Origin: Candidatus Aenigmatarchaeota archaeon
Lineage (GTDB): Archaea > Aenigmatarchaeota > Aenigmatarchaeia > QMZS01
DNA length: 64,000 nt
NCBI GenBank assembly: GCA_030600555.1
Contig: JAUVLW010000001.1
Span: 6,411-70,410 of the forward strand
Direction of reading: 5' to 3'
The notes below the pieces were generated by a model. It made no database searches. It was not told the origin of the DNA and saw nothing but the letters and a program-made list of their open reading frames with translations. This document shows positions 39,387 to 49,287 of the stretch, one piece after another (position 1 is the first letter of the stretch; every line of letters begins with the position of its first letter). A program made the position numbers and the translations under genes.

Positions 39387-40130
39387 TTATTTTTTTATCT
39401 CAGGTTTTACTTCAGTTTCTTTTTTTGATTCTTCAGTTTTTTTTACTTCAACTTTTTCTTCAGATTTTGACTCAATCTTTTTCTCTTTTGATTCTTCTTT
39501 TTTGCTTTCGGTTTTCTCAACCTTTTTTTCTTCAGTTTTAGGTTTTTTAGCAATAGGTTTTGTTTCTATTTTTTCCTCAACTTTGGTTTTCTCTGCCACA
39601 GGAACTTTTGTCTCAGTCTTTTTTGCTTCTTCAATCTGGGTTTTCATTTTTGTTTCAAGTTCTTTGGTTATCTGTGTTTTTAAATCTTTTTTTATTTTGT
39701 CTTTAACTTCTGTTTCAATCTTTGTTTTGGATTCAACTACTTTTTTCCCGGTTTTTTCCTTAAGAATTATTTCAAGATGAGCTGCTTTTATCCTTGAACC
39801 TATATTCCTTTTGTGCCTTCTCCTGTGCATATGAGTTCCTTCCAAAGGCGCTATGTGCAGAATGTACATGTTTTCAGTATCAAGATTCTTAAACTCCGCA
39901 TTCTTTTCAGCGGATAAAATAATATTTAGGACTTCCTTGGTTGTTTTAGGATAATATCGACCCTCAATACTCCTTTTTGATTTCAAAACATCTTCAAGGA
40001 ACTGTTTTGCCACAGGCAAACCAAGACCTCTTACTGATTTGCACACTGGTTTAGCGTTTTTAACCGATATTCTCAGGTTATTTGAGTATGCTTTTGCCAC
40101 ATTATCCCCCTCAACTTTTCTACTATACAT
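39387..40130 (-). CDS. rpl22: 50S ribosomal protein uL22 with ~100 aa Lys/Glu-rich C-terminal extension
   Basis: The N-terminal 150 aa (..ENMYILHIAPLEGTHMHRRRHKRNIGSRIKAAHLEIILKEK) are canonical archaeal uL22. They are followed by a K/E/T low-complexity tail. Confidence 0.8.
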   Translation of the reverse strand: MYSRKVEGDNVAKAYSNNLRISVKNAKPVCKSVRGLGLPVAKQFLEDVLKSKRSIEGRYYPKTTKEVLNIILSAEKNAEFKNLDTENMYILHIAPLEGTHMHRRRHKRNIGSRIKAAHLEIILKEKTGKKVVESKTKIETEVKDKIKKDLKTQITKELETKMKTQIEEAKKTETKVPVAEKTKVEEKIETKPIAKKPKTEEKKVEKTESKKEESKEKKIESKSEEKVEVKKTEESKKETEVKPEIKK

Positions 40131-40132
40131 AA

Positions 40133-40519
40133 TTATTTCTTGGATGCGCTAAACTTTGTCCCCTTTGAAGCGCCTATACCAGCAGAACCATGATGAAGTG
40201 ATTTTCTTGTTAATGCGAATTCACCAAACCTGCGTCCCACAAGTTCTTCAGTAATATCAACTGCGACAAATTCTTTTCCATTATGAATCCCGATTTTGTG
40301 TCCTATCATTTCAGGTAAAATTATCATATCTCTACAATGGGTTTTAATAAATTTTCGCCCTTTCTGCTCTTTAAACTTGTCTATTGCGGCTAATACTCTA
40401 TTTTCTTCTTCTGTAAGCCCTCTCTTAAATTTCCTTCTTATTTCAGAGGGTAATAACTCTACAAATTCTTCTCTTGAGAGTTCTTTTGGCTTTTTCCCCT
40501 TGTAAATAAATTCTGCCAT
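40133..40519 (-). CDS. rps19: 30S ribosomal protein uS19
   Basis: ..[26 protein letters not shown].. is the uS19 signature. It sits immediately upstream of uL22, as in the S10 operon. Confidence 0.9.
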   Translation of the reverse strand: MAEFIYKGKKPKELSREEFVELLPSEIRRKFKRGLTEEENRVLAAIDKFKEQKGRKFIKTHCRDMIILPEMIGHKIGIHNGKEFVAVDITEELVGRRFGEFALTRKSLHHGSAGIGASKGTKFSASKK

Positions 40520-40585
40520 AATTAAGAATAAAAATTAAATAGTTATCTAATTACTGATATTTCAATATTATTTGGGGTATTATAT

Positions 40586-42373
40586 ATGAATCTAAAAAAA
40601 TTGCAGGAATTCCTCGGTTCTGGCAAGGATTTGGGTGAATTGCCCGATTATTTTTCAATAATTGTTGATGAGAGAAAATTTGAGTTTAAAAGAACCCCCA
40701 AAAAGCCCCAAAAACTGGTAAAATACCCAAGAGACAAATTAATGGAAGAAATAAAATGGCCTCAGAATGCGGGAACCTATGATATTGGGGATGTTGCAAA
40801 TCCGGTTATGTTAATCTGCCCTTCTCAGGACAGGGAATTGCAGGAACATGCAATTTATGCGGGAGTTTGCGCAACAGGACCTTGTTTAACCCCGAGAGGA
40901 GTTGAACTCCTGATAACAAACACAATCTCAAACCCAAACATAAGGTTTTTAATTCTTGCGGGAAGAGATTCCGGGCATTTAACCGGTGATTTAATTGAAA
41001 ATTTAATACTGAACGGGGTTGATGAAAACAGAAAGGTAATAGGCTCAAAGTGCCCTTCTTTCCCTTATCTCCCAAACCTGAGTCTGGAAGCAATAAATAG
41101 ATTTAGGGAACAGCTGGAAGTTATAGATTTGATTGGGGTTTTTGATTCCACCCTGATAACTTTAATAATTAGGCTTTGTTTGCAGGAACCGATTAATGCT
41201 TATGAATTGACCTATGAAGAAAAACCTTCATCTCTCTTTAAACAAATTGAGGACCCTAAGAAAATCACTCACATCTTATTTGATAAAGGTGCTGTGAGCA
41301 AAGAACCCATGGTCTTATCTTATTCTTTAGTGGATTTGCAGTCCCTTCCTTACGAAGCATTTTCAACAACAGGAACCACGGTTTACGCTTCCACTGTTGA
41401 GGAAGCCCACAAAATACTTGTTGACTTTTTAAAAAGAGCGGGGGTGTGGGTAAAACAGGAGAGCAATAGGATGGGTCTGGATGTAATCGCAACAACAATT
41501 GTTGTGGAAAATCTTGAGCAGGGTCTTTACCCAAAAAATTACAAACCTGTGGAATGGGTTGATTCTGATGAAAAAATGAAACAATATTTGAAAGCTTATG
41601 GTGTGTGGAATTACTTAGTTCCCTGGAGCAATGTTGTGTTTGATGAAAATCTTGAGAAGACAGTTCCTTCAATTCCGGACATGAAATATTTATCTTATTC
41701 TTACGGAACGAGGATTACCGCAAAGGGAATGGATTCCTGCAAAAAAGAAGAGAGGGGAGGAATTATTAAATTGGTGAAATCTTTCCAGGAAAAACATTAT
41801 GAAAAAGTTCCTAATTTTAAATCAATCCTAAATTTTTATCATGATTTGGAAAGTGTTCAAAAACAAAGTTTTAATCAGTTGCTGGCAATTACCAAAGCAT
41901 GTTCGATTATTGTTAAGGATAATATTACCGGGACTTACAGACCTTACCTGCAGTTGCACGTTGCGGATGATTTAAAACCAATTGACCCAAGAAAAATGCA
42001 TAATCCATGTTATTGCATGTTTGTTCCGTTTTTCAGGAAAACTTATTATAGGGAATATAATAAGGATGGAATTACTCGCAGGTTTTTAGTTCCTTCTTTG
42101 AGCGTGGAGAAAGAAACAGATTTGAAATATGATTGGTTGTTTATGCCATCGGCTTATTTGAGAGCCCATGACTGGTTTGCTTTTCCCGCAAATGTCCACG
42201 GGTCTTTAGCTATGGGGAATTTTATATTGCAGAATATTGAACAGGAGACCGGGAAGAAAATTCCCTGGGGTTGTTATTCACATCATGCTTCGTCATTGCA
42301 TCTTGTTGATTATTCTTTTGATAAAAATATGCTTGAAAAACTTAACCGAACTTTACCTTCAGACAAACATTGA
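40586..42373 (+). CDS. large fusion protein with thymidylate-synthase-like C-terminal domain
   Basis: C-terminal HNPCYCMFV (compare ThyA PCH), DWLFMPSAYLRAHDWFAFPANVHGSLAMGNF (compare DVFLGLPFNIASYALL) and CYSHHASSLHLVDY (compare GDTHLY). The N-terminal ~350 aa are of unknown family. Confidence 0.4.
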   Translation: MNLKKLQEFLGSGKDLGELPDYFSIIVDERKFEFKRTPKKPQKLVKYPRDKLMEEIKWPQNAGTYDIGDVANPVMLICPSQDRELQEHAIYAGVCATGPCLTPRGVELLITNTISNPNIRFLILAGRDSGHLTGDLIENLILNGVDENRKVIGSKCPSFPYLPNLSLEAINRFREQLEVIDLIGVFDSTLITLIIRLCLQEPINAYELTYEEKPSSLFKQIEDPKKITHILFDKGAVSKEPMVLSYSLVDLQSLPYEAFSTTGTTVYASTVEEAHKILVDFLKRAGVWVKQESNRMGLDVIATTIVVENLEQGLYPKNYKPVEWVDSDEKMKQYLKAYGVWNYLVPWSNVVFDENLEKTVPSIPDMKYLSYSYGTRITAKGMDSCKKEERGGIIKLVKSFQEKHYEKVPNFKSILNFYHDLESVQKQSFNQLLAITKACSIIVKDNITGTYRPYLQLHVADDLKPIDPRKMHNPCYCMFVPFFRKTYYREYNKDGITRRFLVPSLSVEKETDLKYDWLFMPSAYLRAHDWFAFPANVHGSLAMGNFILQNIEQETGKKIPWGCYSHHASSLHLVDYSFDKNMLEKLNRTLPSDKH

Positions 42374-42640
42374 GAAAAATAAGAAGAATATGAATAGCGT
42401 GAGCAGGGCAATTAATGCAATTCTTGCGCTTCCAACCGCAAACTTGCTGAGAAAATATACTAAAGGGGTTAATACAAGGAATGCAAGGATAACCCCGGAT
42501 GGACCTCCAACAGTAATTCCATAAATAAGGGAGTTGATGAGTTGTATGAATAATGAGAATACTGAGACAATTGTTGAGACTGTGTTTGATAAGATTACAT
42601 AAAAAATCTGGAATAAAATCGACAATGGCGAATCTACCAT
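42359..42640 (-). CDS. hypothetical small membrane protein
   Basis: 93 aa with 3 TM helices. Convergent with the upstream gene. Confidence 0.3.
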   Translation of the reverse strand: MVDSPLSILFQIFYVILSNTVSTIVSVFSLFIQLINSLIYGITVGGPSGVILAFLVLTPLVYFLSKFAVGSARIALIALLTLFIFFLFFSMFV

Positions 42641-42763
42641 ATACTATTTAGTTCTTAATGGATAATATGTAATTTTTGCATTATTCTTAATTGCAGGGAT
42701 TAGTTTTAGACAAACTTAAAAATGAATTAATTTTGGATAACTCCATTATAAATAATCTATTTT

Positions 42764-43639
42764 ATGGAGTGGTATGTATTTGCTTTTGCCTGCGCTTTTG
42801 TGGTTTCACTTGCCGCCATAACCGAAAAAAGAACATTAATCAAAGAGCATGCAATGGAATTCTCCACAGTTCTTGCAATATTCAACTTTATATTATCCAT
42901 CCCTTTATTGGTCTTTGCGGATTTTAGCATATTTTATAACTCAATAGATTTGCTTATTTTAATTTATTGCGCCTCGCTTCTTGGAAGTATTGCTTTTCTG
43001 TTAATTGCGAAAAGCATGAGACATATGGATATTTCAAGGGTATCCCCATTACTTAATTTCAGTCCTGCTGTAGTGGCTGTATTGGCATTTGTACTTTTAG
43101 GTGAAAAACTTACTTTGATTCAAATATTTGGTATTGTGATCCTCATGATTGGCGCTTATCTGTTAGAATCAAAAAATGGCATGAAAACTTTTTCAAAAAC
43201 AATGAAAGAGTTTACGACTTCAAAATATATTTTTTATATTGTTATTTCTTTTTTTCTCTATGGTTTAAGTTCAATAATTGATAAGTATTCCCTTGGGTTT
43301 ATGACTCCTGTTACTTATCTGGCAACCCTGCAATTTTTTATAGCAATAAATTTTATTGTGATGATAAGTCTATTTCATAATGGGGTCTCTGGAATAAAAA
43401 ACGGGATTAATAGAGCCGGGAAATGGATATTCCTTGTTGCTGTATTTACTGTATCTTATAGACTTCTGCAGTTGCAGGCAGTATCAATGGCATATGTAAG
43501 TCTGGTAATACCAATTAAAAAATTAGGAACTCTTTTTTCAACAATAATCGGAGGTAAAGTGTTCCATGAAAAAGATTTATTGAAAAAAGGTATTGCCTGT
43601 CTGGTTATGCTTATTGGGGTGTATTTGATAGTTATCTGA
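42764..43639 (+). CDS. EamA/DMT-superfamily transporter
   Basis: 10 TM helices. ..VLLGEKLTLIQIFGIVILMIGAYLL.. is typical of EamA domains. Confidence 0.7.
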   Translation: MEWYVFAFACAFVVSLAAITEKRTLIKEHAMEFSTVLAIFNFILSIPLLVFADFSIFYNSIDLLILIYCASLLGSIAFLLIAKSMRHMDISRVSPLLNFSPAVVAVLAFVLLGEKLTLIQIFGIVILMIGAYLLESKNGMKTFSKTMKEFTTSKYIFYIVISFFLYGLSSIIDKYSLGFMTPVTYLATLQFFIAINFIVMISLFHNGVSGIKNGINRAGKWIFLVAVFTVSYRLLQLQAVSMAYVSLVIPIKKLGTLFSTIIGGKVFHEKDLLKKGIACLVMLIGVYLIVI

Positions 43640-43686
43640 GTTGGAATTTCTTAAAAGTTGTATGAACTAAGAAATAATAGTTTGGT

Positions 43687-44202
43687 TTATAATTTCCCTA
43701 ATTTTTCAAGAATTTTGACACCTCTTTCAATATAAGCAGGTGTTTCACGCCTTTCCAGATCTTGTTTTATTATATCATCAATATTTCTTGGTTGGTAAGA
43801 ATAATAGCGTGTATTTCCTGAATCATCATTTGTTTTTTCTGTGCCCAATTCATAATCTTTTCTTCTCAAATTATTTGCAGAGATAAATGGATTTTCTTCA
43901 CTTATTTTTGTTGGGTTTTTGGAGGTCAATATTTCAGTAAAATAAGGGTCTCCAAGATATTGTAGGTGTTCTGTAAAATCTTTATAAGGTGCGGAATTTT
44001 CTGTATGGACCTGATGAAGAGCTACAGTAAAATCATCTTCTGTAACACCGTTTGTTTTATGGTAAAGTTCATACGCTTCAAGTATTTCTTCAGGTACTCC
44101 AAAACCCCTGTTTTGAAAATTGGAATAAATCTGTTCTGGTGATTTTCCTAGGTCAAACAAGCTACCAGCTAAATGTAATTCTTCCATAAAATTAAAACCC
44201 AT
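43687..44202 (-). CDS. hypothetical protein (paralog of 44244..44711)
   Basis: Shares NPF(I/M) and a C-terminal RG(V/I)(K/E)IL(E/T)(K/E)L motif with its neighbour. Confidence 0.4.
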   Translation of the reverse strand: MGFNFMEELHLAGSLFDLGKSPEQIYSNFQNRGFGVPEEILEAYELYHKTNGVTEDDFTVALHQVHTENSAPYKDFTEHLQYLGDPYFTEILTSKNPTKISEENPFISANNLRRKDYELGTEKTNDDSGNTRYYSYQPRNIDDIIKQDLERRETPAYIERGVKILEKLGKL

Positions 44203-44243
44203 AAGTTTTTAAAGGAACAACTGGTTTTTTGAATAAAATTCAA

Positions 44244-44711
44244 TTATATTCTTTCTAATTCTGTAAGAATTTCAATACCTCTTCGTACGTATTCATTATC
44301 TTCTGGTCCATCTATCAAATCTCCAAAGGCATATATATCCATAAAAGGATTATTGTCATTTATTTTGTTTGAATGATAAATAATTCTAAAATTATCATCT
44401 CCTGTGTAGAGTTCATATTCTTCAATATCTCTGAATACATTTGAATGTTTCTCAAAATCCTCCTGCATTTCAGCAGGTTCTTTATATCTTTTACTATTCT
44501 TATCAAACTCAGATTTACTTATAAATCTTCTTTTTATTTCAAGATGCTCGAGATAGGCGCCATAACTTGGAAATCCCCCATTATAAGCTCTGTGATAAGC
44601 TCTAATAGTATTTAGTGAACAGGATATATTTTTCTCTAAAAGTCTGTTATAAATTTCTCTGGGAATTAACCCTTCTGTGCAATATTCTTTCACTAATTTT
44701 TCTATACCCAT
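44244..44711 (-). CDS. hypothetical protein (paralog of 43687..44202)
   Basis: 155 aa. See the neighbouring paralog. Confidence 0.4.
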   Translation of the reverse strand: MGIEKLVKEYCTEGLIPREIYNRLLEKNISCSLNTIRAYHRAYNGGFPSYGAYLEHLEIKRRFISKSEFDKNSKRYKEPAEMQEDFEKHSNVFRDIEEYELYTGDDNFRIIYHSNKINDNNPFMDIYAFGDLIDGPEDNEYVRRGIEILTELERI

Positions 44712-44726
44712 AAAGTAATAAAATAA

Positions 44727-45419
44727 TCATTTATTAAGGTAATATTTTCTCTTAGTTTCATCAAATTTTTCAATTGAATACCGCAACATTGTCCTTGGCA
44801 TGGTTTTATGGTATTTTTCAAGGAAAGTTTCCTCTGTTTTTTGGTCTCTTTTTCCGATTTCTCTCAGCATCCACCCAACCGCTTTGTGGATTAAATCGTG
44901 GTTGTCGTTTAGGAGAATTTCTGATATTTTTAGGGTATCTTCAAATTCGTTGTTTTTTATGAATGTATGTGTTGAGATTATTGAAATTCTTTTTTCCCAC
45001 AGGTTTTTTGAGTTGGCGAGTTTGTATAGAATTTTTCTGTCTTTGTTTAGGAGGTAGTTTCCAATAATATGGGGGGCTGAGATATCAACCAAATCCCAGT
45101 TATTGATATTGGTTGTGTTCTTCAGGTAAAAGTCAAATATTTTTTTCTTTTCGGTTTCATCTGATTTCCTGTATTTGTCAATGAGTATAAATAAGGAACA
45201 TGCCCTGTATTCGTGGATGTTTGTTGATAATAATTCCTGCAATTCTTCAAGGGATAAGTTGATATATTTCTTTGCAATCTTTCTTTGCTCGGGAACAATG
45301 ATTCCAAGAAAAGTATCTCCTTCTCCATACTCGCCTTTTCCAGTTTTAAAAAATCTTAGATAAACTTTTGCTTTCTCCGGGTTTTTTAGGGATTGGAGTT
45401 CTTGTTTTAGTGTTGGCAT
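44727..45419 (-). CDS. DNA alkylation repair enzyme (AlkD/AlkC HEAT-like repeat family)
   Basis: ..NNWDLVDISAPHIIG...LWEKRISIIST...HDLIHKAVGWMLREIGK.. is the AlkD-family pattern. Confidence 0.75.
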   Translation of the reverse strand: MPTLKQELQSLKNPEKAKVYLRFFKTGKGEYGEGDTFLGIIVPEQRKIAKKYINLSLEELQELLSTNIHEYRACSLFILIDKYRKSDETEKKKIFDFYLKNTTNINNWDLVDISAPHIIGNYLLNKDRKILYKLANSKNLWEKRISIISTHTFIKNNEFEDTLKISEILLNDNHDLIHKAVGWMLREIGKRDQKTEETFLEKYHKTMPRTMLRYSIEKFDETKRKYYLNK

Positions 45420-45509
45420 AATATTTTTGACATATTAATTTAGTTGTGGGTTGATGAACCCACTTATTTTTCAAGCAGACAATTTTTACCTTCCAGCATA
45501 AAAAATAAA

Positions 45510-46463
45510 TTATGCGCGGGAAGATGGTTTAAGCAGTTGTTTGTAAAAGGATATGTTGATTGTTTCCCCCTCAATATCTTCAATATATCTTGTTATGTCA
45601 TCCAGATAATTTTGGATGGTTTTATTATTAATCTGCGAGATAAGATTATTTATTTTTTTGAAGTCACTATCTTTTGTCTTTTCAAAAATTTTAGATGTTT
45701 TATGGATGAGATGACTTATAGTTCCGTTAAGTTTATATTTAATAAATGTTAAAATTTCTTTTTTGTTTTCAAAACAGGTTTCATGTTTATTTAAATATTC
45801 TCCGAGTCTGTAAAGATCATCTCCAATATTCTCTAATTTCTTGCTTATCAAAAAATATGAAGGAATCAACGATGTATTTTTTATTTTTGATGAATGCAGA
45901 ATCTTTGAATCTGTAAGCGATAATGAAATAAGTTTTGTCCCCAGATGATATAATCTGTCAATTTCATTTTCATTTATTCTTATTTCTTCAATATCTATTT
46001 CATTTAAAATGTTTGAAAGAGATAATTCAAGTATGGTATTTATCCGGTAAAATATTTGGTAAATGGTGACTTTTGATTCGTCCAGCAGTATTTTTAGGGT
46101 AATCTTTTTATTGTCTTCATAGGTTATTTCAGTCCCGCTCATATGCGCCAGAGTTTTTCTGATTTTTGTTTTGACTTCTTTTGTCAACTCTTTTTTGGAA
46201 TATAGATTGATATTTTCAATTCCAAGGTAATATAATACAAATACAATCTGGTCGATATTATTGAGGTATTCATCAATATTCAGGGAAATCTCATCCATTT
46301 TTTTTCTTTTGATTAAATGAGAAGACAAGAGCAATGTTTGGTTATCTTTTTCATAAATCAATAGTTCATCTTTTTCTTTTAATTTATTCTTTTTAACCCA
46401 TTCCTTTGGCAATGAAATGGAATAAGTGCTGCCCGCAATCAATTGTATTTTTCTCCTGTGCAT
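45510..46463 (-). CDS. phoU: phosphate uptake regulator, AbrB/SpoVT N-terminal domain fused to PhoU-like domain
   Basis: The N-terminal RKIQLIAGSTYSISLPKEWVKKNKLKEKDEL is a swapped-hairpin AbrB/MazE-like domain. The rest is a helical PhoU-like repeat region. Divergent from pstS. Confidence 0.6.
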   Translation of the reverse strand: MHRRKIQLIAGSTYSISLPKEWVKKNKLKEKDELLIYEKDNQTLLLSSHLIKRKKMDEISLNIDEYLNNIDQIVFVLYYLGIENINLYSKKELTKEVKTKIRKTLAHMSGTEITYEDNKKITLKILLDESKVTIYQIFYRINTILELSLSNILNEIDIEEIRINENEIDRLYHLGTKLISLSLTDSKILHSSKIKNTSLIPSYFLISKKLENIGDDLYRLGEYLNKHETCFENKKEILTFIKYKLNGTISHLIHKTSKIFEKTKDSDFKKINNLISQINNKTIQNYLDDITRYIEDIEGETINISFYKQLLKPSSRA

Positions 46464-46478
46464 AATTGTAAAAGAAAA

Positions 46479-46531
46479 GTAACTATATAAATATTTATGT
46501 AACTATATAGTTTATATAGGATAACTATATA
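46479..46531. promoter_or_regulatory. three direct repeats (G)TAACTATATA spaced 20-22 bp in phoU/pstS divergent promoter region
   Basis: Copies at 46479-46489, 46499-46509 and 46522-46531. Confidence 0.5.
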
Positions 46532-46593
46532 TATTATCCTACCATATGAGTATATGGAAATTAAAGTTGCAGAAGCAATAGATTGGGTGAATT

Positions 46594-47535
46594 ATGGGAG
46601 ATAATAAAAAATTGAACGGTGTTTATTTAGCGGGCGCATTATTATTGATTATTTTAGTGTCCGGGTGCACCACTGAAAATAAGATTACGGGAGATCATGT
46701 AAAAATTGTTGAGAACATTGAGATAAAAGGTTCGGATACTTTATTGCAGTTGGTTTCAAATATGGCTGAAGCTTATATTGAAAATAAACCTGATGCAAAA
46801 ATATCTGTAACAGGCGGAGGTTCTGGAACAGGCATTGCCGCGTTGATTAATGGCGAAATTGATATTGCGGATGCTTCCAGAAAAATTAAAGAAGAAGAAT
46901 TGGAACAGGCAAAGGGAAGAGGAATAAATCCATGGGAGTTTATAATTGCAAGAGATATGTTGTCAGTAATTGTAAGCAAGAACAATCCTGTGTCGGAGTT
47001 GACTCTAGGACAGATAAGCAAAATTTACAAAGGAGAGATTACTAATTGGAATGAAGTTGGGGGAAATAATCAGAAAATTACTCTCTACGGAAGGCAGAGC
47101 ACTTCAGGAACATATTCATATTTTATGAAAAAAGTTGTGGAAGGAGATTATTCTCCTCATATGATGAATCTGGAAGGAAATCAGGCAATTGTGGATGCGG
47201 TTAAACAGGATAAAGAAGGGATAGGATATGTTGGGCTTGGTTATATTGCGGACGAGAATGGCAATCCTGTTGGAGGCATAAAAATAGTGGAAATAGCAAA
47301 GGATAAAAATTCCCAGTATGTTTCTCCTTTGGATGAATCAAAGCATTCCTTATATCCGATTTCCAGACCATTGCTTCAGTATCTGGCAGAAAAACCAATT
47401 AAAAATTCCGGGGTTTACAACTTTTTAAAATTTGAGTTGAATGCTGAAGGGCAGGAGATTGTAAAAAAAGCGGGATTTGTTCCAATAACTTCAGAAGACA
47501 GGAACCACAATAAAGAGTTGTGGAATAAGATTTAG
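46594..47535 (+). CDS. pstS: phosphate ABC transporter substrate-binding protein PstS
   Basis: Signal peptide plus Cys (LVSGC), then ..SVTGGGSGTGIAALINGEIDIADASR...TSGTYSYF.. PstS motifs. Confidence 0.85.
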   Translation: MGDNKKLNGVYLAGALLLIILVSGCTTENKITGDHVKIVENIEIKGSDTLLQLVSNMAEAYIENKPDAKISVTGGGSGTGIAALINGEIDIADASRKIKEEELEQAKGRGINPWEFIIARDMLSVIVSKNNPVSELTLGQISKIYKGEITNWNEVGGNNQKITLYGRQSTSGTYSYFMKKVVEGDYSPHMMNLEGNQAIVDAVKQDKEGIGYVGLGYIADENGNPVGGIKIVEIAKDKNSQYVSPLDESKHSLYPISRPLLQYLAEKPIKNSGVYNFLKFELNAEGQEIVKKAGFVPITSEDRNHNKELWNKI

Positions 47536-47547
47536 GTTGCAAATAAT

Positions 47548-48438
47548 ATGTTCAATTACAAGAATACAAAAGAAAAATTAATTGAACTGTTTTTTTCAAC
47601 AACGGGAATCCTGACCTTATTGATATTGATTGGAATCTTTGTTTTTCTTTTTGTTACGGGAATACATACTTTTGCAAAGATAACTCCAACAGACTTTTTT
47701 TTGGGTGAGCAATGGAACCCGGATGCATATGGAACACCAAAATGGGGCATTTTGAGTTTGATAATCGGAACTTTAATGATAGCGTTTGGCTCTTTGGTTA
47801 TGTCAATACCCTTGGGACTGGCGGGCGCTGTTTATTTATCTGAAATTGCGGGCTCAAGAACAAGAGAATTGTTAAAGCCGGCCATAGAAATGATTGCGGG
47901 CATCCCGTCGGTTGTGCTGGGTTTAATTGGCATATTATTTCTTTCGCCGTTGATTGCCAATGTTTTTGGGTTGAGCCATGGACTTAATGCGTTTACTTCT
48001 TCAGTTATAGTCGGGGTGATGGTGTTGCCCACAATAATCAGCATCTCAGAAGATGTTTTGACTTCACTGCCAAATGAATTTAGGGAAGCCAGTCTCGCAT
48101 TGGGGGCGACAAAATGGCAAATGATAAGGATGACTTTGCTCCCGGCTGCTTTGTCCGGAATTGTGGCAGCTGTAATGCTTGGGTTGGGAAGGGCGATTGG
48201 AGAAACAATGGTGGTCCTGATGGTGGCGGGCAATTCAATAGCAATGCCCACCTCATTTTTTAGTCCAGTAAGACCAATGACCGCCAATATTGCAATAGAA
48301 ATAAAAGAGGTTGTGACCGGAAGCCTTCATTATGATGCTCTTTTCGCTATCGGGCTTGTGTTATTTGTCATGACTTTTATTGTAAATTTCATTTCGGACA
48401 TTATTGTAGAAAAACATGTGAGGAAATACAGATGGTAA
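47548..48438 (+). CDS. pstC: phosphate ABC transporter permease PstC
   Basis: 6 TM helices and an EAA-like loop ..EASLALGATKWQMI.. Confidence 0.85.
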   Translation: MFNYKNTKEKLIELFFSTTGILTLLILIGIFVFLFVTGIHTFAKITPTDFFLGEQWNPDAYGTPKWGILSLIIGTLMIAFGSLVMSIPLGLAGAVYLSEIAGSRTRELLKPAIEMIAGIPSVVLGLIGILFLSPLIANVFGLSHGLNAFTSSVIVGVMVLPTIISISEDVLTSLPNEFREASLALGATKWQMIRMTLLPAALSGIVAAVMLGLGRAIGETMVVLMVAGNSIAMPTSFFSPVRPMTANIAIEIKEVVTGSLHYDALFAIGLVLFVMTFIVNFISDIIVEKHVRKYRW

Positions 48439-49286
48439 GTGAACAATCAAAACAGGCAATATATTTTACGCTTTTCAAGTCAGCCACAGTTTTATCAGTC
48501 GCAATTTTATTATTTGTGCTGCTGTTTATTTTTTGTGAGGGAGCGGGAGTTGTGGATATTAAATTTCTTACAAGTATGTGGTCTCACCGGGAGATTACTC
48601 AGGGAGGAATTCTCCCCGCAATTATGGGAACCTTTTTTCTGGCAATCGGAGTTTCTGTTGTATCAATACCCCTCGGTATTTGCACCGCTATTTATTTGAA
48701 TGAGTATGCGAAAGAAAATCTTCTTACGCGGACAATTAAACTCGCAATAAGAAATCTTGCGGGCGTGCCGTCAATAGTTTATGGAATTTTTGGTCTGGCT
48801 TTTTTTGCCCTGTTCCTGAAGCTCGGTGGCTCATTGATTGCCGCATCATTGACCCTCGGATGCATGACCCTGCCGTGGATAATAACCGCAAGCGAAGAGT
48901 CTCTTAAAGCAGTTCCTAATTCATTCAGAGAAGGAAGCTATGCATTGGGAGCCACAAAATGGCAGACTATAAAAACCAATGTTCTGCCCCATTCTTTTAG
49001 CGGAATAATGACCGGAGCAATACTGGGTTTATCCAGAGCTATGGGAGAAACCGCTCCAATTATCATGGTCGGAGCCACATTTTTCATAGCTCATTTGCCA
49101 AATTCTCCTTTTGATAAATTTATGGCAATGCCTTATCATTTATATATTCTGGCAACCCAGCATTCCAGTCCTTATGCGAGAGAATATGCTATGGGAACTG
49201 CTCTGGTATTGGTTGCTTTAATATTTATGCTGAACTTGGGGGTATTTGCATTAAGATATAATTTGAGGAAGAAAAAGGCGTGGTAA
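48432..49286 (+). CDS. pstA: phosphate ABC transporter permease PstA
   Basis: ..EGSYALGATKWQTI.. EAA loop. Overlaps the pstC stop. Confidence 0.85.
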   Translation: MVSEQSKQAIYFTLFKSATVLSVAILLFVLLFIFCEGAGVVDIKFLTSMWSHREITQGGILPAIMGTFFLAIGVSVVSIPLGICTAIYLNEYAKENLLTRTIKLAIRNLAGVPSIVYGIFGLAFFALFLKLGGSLIAASLTLGCMTLPWIITASEESLKAVPNSFREGSYALGATKWQTIKTNVLPHSFSGIMTGAILGLSRAMGETAPIIMVGATFFIAHLPNSPFDKFMAMPYHLYILATQHSSPYAREYAMGTALVLVALIFMLNLGVFALRYNLRKKKAW

Positions 49287-49287
49287 T

